Positions 58,695 through 64,000 of a stretch of DNA of 64,000 nucleotides are shown here, piece by piece; positions within the stretch are counted from its first letter, which is position 1; each line of letters starts with the position of its first letter. The notes below the pieces were generated by a model. It did no database searches. It was not told the origin of the DNA and saw only the letters and a list, made by a program, of their open reading frames with translations. This DNA is from Desulfomonilia bacterium (lineage in GTDB: Bacteria; Desulfobacterota; Desulfomonilia; UBA1062), in the NCBI GenBank assembly GCA_050014195.1, contig JBEKDT010000007.1, forward strand, positions 32,001 through 96,000, given 5' to 3'. The position numbers and the translations under genes are program-made.

Positions 58695-59905
58695 AGACCT
58701 CTTTCCTTAATCAAATCGGCGAGTGGAGAAAGCAGCTTTTCCGCCAGATAGCGCGAAACGGGAACGGCGACCGCATCTCCCATGGCTTTATAACCGTCGT
58801 TATAGGTTCCGGGTATCTTATAGGTCTTACGAGCCCCCATCAAGGCGGCGGCTTCCCTTACTGCCAACAGACGTGTTTTGATGGAGCCGTTCTCCTTAAT
58901 GACAAGAAACTGCCTGCTACTTCCTCCCTCTGGAGTTCTCAGGCATCCAGCCAAGCCATCGAAGCGGAGCTCCAATACCTGCCGGCCATGCCTTATGCGC
59001 TTGTACCCGGGGAAAACTTTTATCCCGTTCTTTCCAGCAACCGTCATTTTTTCAAGGTGCTTTTCAGGAACGAGACTCAGAAGACGTTCGCTTTTTTCCG
59101 GCTCATCACAAAGCGTATTGATATCAATCATATCATCAAGTGTGGTTTTTCTGGCTTTGGGCTTTGGAAGATTCCACCACACCCAGTTTTCAAGTTCATT
59201 CGCCGCCTGTACTATCGACGCAGGATGACACCAGATTGGACAATCCGTTTCAAACTGCTCCGTTGGAATCTGGCTGTCCACTGCAACAACGAAAACCCTT
59301 TTGCGTGATTGCGGCACCCAATAGGAAGCATCAAGAACAACCGCACCAACCTTGTAACCACGCTCGACCAACGCATTATGCAGTTTGCGATAATGCTCGC
59401 CCTTTGCGGTTGATATCAGGCCAATAACATTTTCAGCAACCACTAGCGGAGGCTTCTTTGACTGTTCGTCCATCACACGAAGCCACTGCCAGACTAACCC
59501 GCTTCGGGAACTGGACAGGCCACCCATGTTGCCTGCAAGTGAAAGGTCCTGACACGGGAAACTGCCCCATGACAAAAGAGCCGCTGGAACACCCTCGCCT
59601 CGCACCTGTTCTATCGGACCGAGGTGGAAAACCTCTTTGTCATGGTTGGCGCAAAAAACCTTTGCTTTCTTCTCGCAGACGTCATTGGCCCATATCGTTT
59701 GAAAGAATTCTTTCAACCCCTCGGCCACAAGTCCGCTTCCTGCAAAAAAATCAAGGCAAGTTGGTTTTGAGGTTATCGCCTTCATGTGATTAGATTCCTT
59801 AATTTTGCGCATTCCAATTTTATCTGATGTCAATATTTTACTCCTCATTTTTATTAAGCCCAATGGAATTATTTTGAGTGATTCCGGTGCTTCTGTCCGG
59901 AACAA
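58691..59905 (-). CDS. DNA (cytosine-5) methyltransferase
   Basis: FFAGSG, FPCQDLS, ENV, PQSRKRVF, GDAV; true start probably near 59785. Confidence 0.93.
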   Translation of the reverse strand: MFRTEAPESLKIIPLGLIKMRSKILTSDKIGMRKIKESNHMKAITSKPTCLDFFAGSGLVAEGLKEFFQTIWANDVCEKKAKVFCANHDKEVFHLGPIEQVRGEGVPAALLSWGSFPCQDLSLAGNMGGLSSSRSGLVWQWLRVMDEQSKKPPLVVAENVIGLISTAKGEHYRKLHNALVERGYKVGAVVLDASYWVPQSRKRVFVVAVDSQIPTEQFETDCPIWCHPASIVQAANELENWVWWNLPKPKARKTTLDDMIDINTLCDEPEKSERLLSLVPEKHLEKMTVAGKNGIKVFPGYKRIRHGRQVLELRFDGLAGCLRTPEGGSSRQFLVIKENGSIKTRLLAVREAAALMGARKTYKIPGTYNDGYKAMGDAVAVPVSRYLAEKLLSPLADLIKERGL

Positions 59906-59993
59906 TAGGATGAAGTACGATCATAAGTGCCTTTCCTTATTAATATTTTCGTTTTGACTTATCCTAAAGACTATACCTTTTCAATATCTCCTC

Positions 59994-62888
59994 TTATTTT
60001 TCGAACCCTTTGCCTATCCCCTTGATGAGGTCTTTAACTGTTTGGACATAACTTATCTGTTTACCGTCAAATGCAACTGACCTGAACTTTAAGAGCTTAT
60101 CCATCTCAGGACTGTAGGGCACCATGTATCGCACCCCCTTCGTTGGGTCCGGGTGTGTATCTATGACACCAAACCGTTTGCCATTGACCTTAGTAATGCC
60201 CATGTAATTGCCCTCTACGGACTTGTCCTTTGGAAAGTCCACCTGAATACCTTTCTGCTCCATAAGCTGTCGATAGGACCTCTCCTCGGGAGTTAGCTGG
60301 CTTTCAGGAGTCAGCGTAATGGGTTTCCCCTGACCAAGTTCCTTCTCCAGGATCGGGGTCTTATCCTGCGGGATTTTCATGCGGTTGCCGTCATACTCCA
60401 CCTGACGGAATTTCATCATCTGATCGTATTCCTTGTCATAGGGAATCATGTATCGGACCCCTTTTGTTGGGTCTGCATGAGTATCAATAACGGCATACTT
60501 CCTGCCATCGACATCCTTTAACCCCATATAGTTCCCCTCGACAGACCTCTCCCTGGGAAATTCTACTTTGACCCCCTGCCCTTTCATCTGTTTGACATAT
60601 TGTTCTTCAGCCCTTTGTTGCTGCCATTCCTGGGCCTGTATATTTCTTTCCGCAGTGCTCATGGACCTCTCAGCCTGGATAAGCCTGTCATCGATCTGGA
60701 TGCCTCTTGGTAGCCCGTAGTCTGCAATAAGACCCTTGGGCCTTTCTCTTCCCATTACTTTCTGCAGGTCCTCAAAATTCTTGAATTCATCTTTAGAGTA
60801 ATACATGGTCACATCTTCTCTATGCCTGCTCATGGCAACATAGGCGGTGTGCTTGTCATAATGCCTTGACCCCAGCACAAAGGTCCTATCTATAGTTGCA
60901 CCTTGGGTCTTGTGCACCGTAGCTGCGTAGCCGTGATCGAAATCCTTGTACATATGGGTATCAAAGGCCACCATATCGCCCTTATCGAGCCTTACCGCCA
61001 TGCTCCCCTTGTTGATGCGTTCTACTGTTCCCAAGGCCCCGTTCCGTACTCCCATGGAAACTTCATTTCTTAAGAAAATAATCCGGTCACCGGCAGAAAA
61101 CGTCCTCTCTCCTCTTTCTGTTATGAATGTGTGCTCTGCCCCCCTGAGTTCACCAACTAATTTTCTGTACTGCCGTGCCCCCAGGTTCAGGTCAGCTACG
61201 TCCTTGTTTGTGTAGGCCATCATGAGACTGGTCCCCTGCCCTCTCTGACTGGTCCAATCTTTCATCAGTTGTTCTTTTGCTTCTTCCTTTGTCAAAAGCT
61301 CCTGGATTTTTCCATGTTCCTGATACAACATAAGAGCTTTCTCCACGTGTTCTCGCCCTCCGGAAAACTCCTTAGTTGCTTCCTTCTGCCAATCAATATT
61401 CTGTCTCCGGATCTCCGCGAGCTCCACATATCCTGTCTTCTGAATGATCCCCCGGAACGATCCCCCAGCTTCTATACTTTGTAGCTGCTCGTTGTCCCCT
61501 ACCAGGATCACTTTTGCATCGGCCTCATGTGCATGCCCAAGAACCTCATGCATCAATCTGGTTCCGACCATTCCTGCCTCATCAACCACGATGATCTCAT
61601 TCTTGCTTAACCGGTCCCGGTTATTATTCCAGTCCCAAAGCTGTCTGTGAATGGTCTTACTTTGTATCCCGCTTTCATTCTGGAGACTCTCTGCTGCAAT
61701 CCCTGAAAGGGCCAGTCCTCTCACTCGGTAACCCTGAGCCTCGCAGGCCTCACGTACTGCACCTAAGGTATAACTTTTCCCTGTTCCGGCACGGCCTATC
61801 ATGACTTCAACGTCTCCGCCGGTTGTTATTTTTCTGAAGGCCTCCTCCTGCTCCGTGGTCATGCTGAAATTGGCAATTGCCTGCTCAATGTATTGCCCCC
61901 CTACCCCGTGCGATATTTCTTTGTGCATCTCCTGGGCGGTATCCAGCATGGCCTTCTCTGATTCGAGCATGGTCCTGGTAGTGAAGAGGTCCTCTCCCCT
62001 CTCATTCTTCCCCAGCCTTATGAGCTCAGGACTGTTTTCAAGGGCATTCAAGACTTTGTTAAACTGTTCTGCGTCTTCACTGTGCCTGAATGCAAAGTCC
62101 ATGAGGTCTTCTCTCTTGAAGACTGCATCGTAATGCCCGACATGCTTCAATGCCTTTGACGGATCACTGATGATCCGTTCACCGTTCTCCCGGCATATCC
62201 GCTGGTACTCTTCGAGTCGTTCAAGTCCCCTGGTGTCTTTAAGGTGGAGATAGCCATCGGGAAGGAATTTTGCAGCTATACCGATCTTAATTTGAGGCTC
62301 AAGGTCGATGCCCCTTTCGGCATAGCTTCTATGGTCAACCTGGATATCATAACCGGCTTCCAGTAAACGCCGGTTTTGAACTATCGCCCACTCTTCTCGC
62401 CACTTGATAAGTTCGTACCTGTTGTTCCATGCTGTTACCTTTTTCCCAAAACCATCCTCGGTGATTTCTCTCGTTGTAAGCATGATATGAACATGTGGGT
62501 TGTTCTCACTTTTGTGGATACAAATATCTGCTATCATCCCTTTGTCAACGAACTGGGCCTGCGCATATTCTCTTACAAGTGCAATCTGTTGCTCCAGGTT
62601 CAATTCCTTGGGGAGGGCAAGCTCGACCTCGCGTGATAGTTGAGAATCGATTCGTTTTTCTGCTCTCTCAACTTCATTCCAGAGAGTCTGCCGGTCTTTC
62701 AAGCGCTCAGGGGCATTTTCAGGAAGAAGTATTTCACAATGGGCAAGATCCCTCTTTTTCGTATAGTCGAATTCCATCCCCGACCGTTCATCAAGCAGTT
62801 TATCTCTTGAACGATATGCTGCAGCGGCAACAGCACATTTGCCCCCTCCTCTGCTGATAATCTTCACACTGATATGATAACACGCCAT
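59994..62888 (-). CDS. traA: MOBQ (MobA/MobL, Ti TraA-type) relaxase-helicase
   Basis: YH.SVK...AAAAYR, E.ALP.EL, H...NPHVH (HUH), VDHRS; GRAGTGKS, VDEAGM, GD.EQL, HKTQG. Confidence 0.92.
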   Translation of the reverse strand: MACYHISVKIISRGGGKCAVAAAAYRSRDKLLDERSGMEFDYTKKRDLAHCEILLPENAPERLKDRQTLWNEVERAEKRIDSQLSREVELALPKELNLEQQIALVREYAQAQFVDKGMIADICIHKSENNPHVHIMLTTREITEDGFGKKVTAWNNRYELIKWREEWAIVQNRRLLEAGYDIQVDHRSYAERGIDLEPQIKIGIAAKFLPDGYLHLKDTRGLERLEEYQRICRENGERIISDPSKALKHVGHYDAVFKREDLMDFAFRHSEDAEQFNKVLNALENSPELIRLGKNERGEDLFTTRTMLESEKAMLDTAQEMHKEISHGVGGQYIEQAIANFSMTTEQEEAFRKITTGGDVEVMIGRAGTGKSYTLGAVREACEAQGYRVRGLALSGIAAESLQNESGIQSKTIHRQLWDWNNNRDRLSKNEIIVVDEAGMVGTRLMHEVLGHAHEADAKVILVGDNEQLQSIEAGGSFRGIIQKTGYVELAEIRRQNIDWQKEATKEFSGGREHVEKALMLYQEHGKIQELLTKEEAKEQLMKDWTSQRGQGTSLMMAYTNKDVADLNLGARQYRKLVGELRGAEHTFITERGERTFSAGDRIIFLRNEVSMGVRNGALGTVERINKGSMAVRLDKGDMVAFDTHMYKDFDHGYAATVHKTQGATIDRTFVLGSRHYDKHTAYVAMSRHREDVTMYYSKDEFKNFEDLQKVMGRERPKGLIADYGLPRGIQIDDRLIQAERSMSTAERNIQAQEWQQQRAEEQYVKQMKGQGVKVEFPRERSVEGNYMGLKDVDGRKYAVIDTHADPTKGVRYMIPYDKEYDQMMKFRQVEYDGNRMKIPQDKTPILEKELGQGKPITLTPESQLTPEERSYRQLMEQKGIQVDFPKDKSVEGNYMGITKVNGKRFGVIDTHPDPTKGVRYMVPYSPEMDKLLKFRSVAFDGKQISYVQTVKDLIKGIGKGFEK

Positions 62889-62923
62889 TAATCAGCTTCC
62901 ATCTTGTTTAATCTCAAGCACAA

Positions 62924-62952
62924 AGGTAGCCTGTTACCTATAAGTGCGCCTT
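62924..62952 (+). other. MOBQ-type oriT
   Basis: Inverted repeat AGGTAGC-CT-GTTACCT followed by TAAGTGCG^CCTT (RSF1010 core TAAGTGCG^CCCT), between divergent relaxase and accessory genes. Confidence 0.8.
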
Positions 62953-63133
62953 TCACTTTGTTCAAGTATTGGCTCTCGCGTTGCTCGCTCATGGAATCAC
63001 TTCGTTCCTTCTTCTTTTTTACTCTCTGAGGGACTTGAAAGGAAAAGGCCTTTGAATTCTGTTGCTTGACTTCCTCTCATACATATTTTATGACATATCA
63101 TATAGTTACTCATATAAACTTTGAGAGGTTAGA

Positions 63134-63394
63134 ATGCAATCAAAAAAGGCAGACTCACTTGGTAAACTCCTGGAGAAGAAACAGAAACTTGAACAACAGA
63201 TAGCCAGCGCAAAGGCCCTTGTGAAAAAAGTTGACCGGGCCAATGACACACGGAAAAAGATCCTTGTGGGCGCTTACTTCCTTGATATCAAATACAAGGA
63301 TAAAGAGGATGAGCTGAAAAAGCTTATGGATGGATTCCTTGTCCGTGATAACGACAGGTCTCTTTTCGACCTGCCGCCTAAAGATTCTAAATAA
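63134..63394 (+). CDS. Relaxosome accessory/mobilisation protein (MobS/TraD-like)
   Basis: R..DTRKKILVGA...D.FL.R..DR.LF motif; divergent from the relaxase. Confidence 0.8.
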   Translation: MQSKKADSLGKLLEKKQKLEQQIASAKALVKKVDRANDTRKKILVGAYFLDIKYKDKEDELKKLMDGFLVRDNDRSLFDLPPKDSK

Positions 63395-63475
63395 AAATCT
63401 CCAGAGTGTAGCTGGTTTTGTCTGATCTTATATTATCTGGTCCGTATGAATTGAGACCAGGACACTTCATTTTAG

Positions 63476-63522
63476 GGGGGTATACTCTCACTTCACTTTC
63501 CAGGCAGTGAAAGTATACCCCC
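63476..63522. terminator. Long hairpin between convergent genes
   Basis: GGGGGTATACT...TTCACT-N8-AGTGAA-AGTATACCCCC. Confidence 0.45.
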
Positions 63523-63553
63523 TGCCCTACTTAAATACCCTGGAGATCTCCAT

Positions 63554-64000
63554 TTAGGTCAGGAGCTTGTCTGCTCTTATCAGGACAAGCCCTTCTTCTT
63601 TTGCCTTCTTCATCACGGTTGGAGTAAATCCGGATCTGCTGACAAGGCAGAACGTTTCCTTTCTATCCTTACTCCCCCACACTACCTTTTCAGCCTTCCT
63701 TTTCAGATCATCAAAGATATCGTTACCAATCGGTTTCTCACTCCATTTGACCTCACCAAACAGGATAGAATCTCTCTCCTTGTTTACTGCCACGATGTCG
63801 ATCTCTTCCTGCCGATCCCACCACCTTCCTACTGCTGAGAACGGGAACATATTGTCCTGCCTGCCAGAGAGTATCTGCGTGGCCACTTTTTCATAAACAC
63901 CTCCGAGATACTGGGGCAGATCTTTGGTGATAGTGCCAAGAACTTCATCTATCCGGCCCATCTCCAGTTCCGATCTCTTTGGGAACACAAACCTGAACCA
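63554..64000 (-). CDS. C-terminal part of an archaeal-type ATPase with DUF234/PD-(D/E)XK domain (partial)
   Basis: G.VYE, GRWW...EIDIV.....FGEVKW, SRSGFT; runs off the window edge. Confidence 0.8.
   Translation of the reverse strand, partial: WFRFVFPKRSELEMGRIDEVLGTITKDLPQYLGGVYEKVATQILSGRQDNMFPFSAVGRWWDRQEEIDIVAVNKERDSILFGEVKWSEKPIGNDIFDDLKRKAEKVVWGSKDRKETFCLVSRSGFTPTVMKKAKEEGLVLIRADKLLT

Noticed and set aside
59923-59936. Second oriT-like ATAAGTGCCTTTC downstream of the relaxase
   Set aside because: Lacks the GC at the nic position and the adjacent inverted repeat; a match this short is expected by chance.
1-64000. rRNA, tRNA (including selC) or intact transposase genes
   Set aside because: None recognised by eye; tRNAscan-SE/Infernal would be needed to exclude small RNAs.

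Overview
A mosaic, accessory-rich 64 kb segment that looks like a mobilisable plasmid or integrated element. The host is probably a selenocysteine-using, sigma54-rich anaerobe of deltaproteobacterial type; this is an inference from gene content only. The left half (about 1.6-36 kb) is stress, signalling and metabolic cargo: class I aldolase, MgtC/DUF4010, FtsH, USPs, a sigma54 two-component regulon with recognisable promoters and enhancers, PAS kinases, acyl-CoA ligase, two HdeD proteins, MgtA, a PLD, PqiABC and an RNB nuclease, plus several gene remnants. From 32.5 to 39 kb, four direct copies of a 41-bp-core repeat each separate single genes, ending at IHF and a tyrosine recombinase. The 39-50 kb region is a defence island: an SF2 helicase-nuclease, DUF2971 and a complete Shango system. 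The 50.2-56.6 kb region is a redox module bracketed by two dif-like sites. It holds two exported MsrAB proteins, a CMD peroxidase-like protein, an ArsS-family radical SAM protein and two UGA-interrupted genes with SECIS-like hairpins. One is an OsmC-type selenoprotein. The other, missing from the ORF track, is a secreted 102-aa mini-MsrA-fold selenoprotein. The 56.6-64 kb region has a PLD nuclease, a C5-MTase/DUF4928/Vsr locus and a MOBQ relaxase with oriT. An 86-bp in-frame intragenic inversion sits at 9485-9570. All family calls come from motif recognition; no database searches were run.
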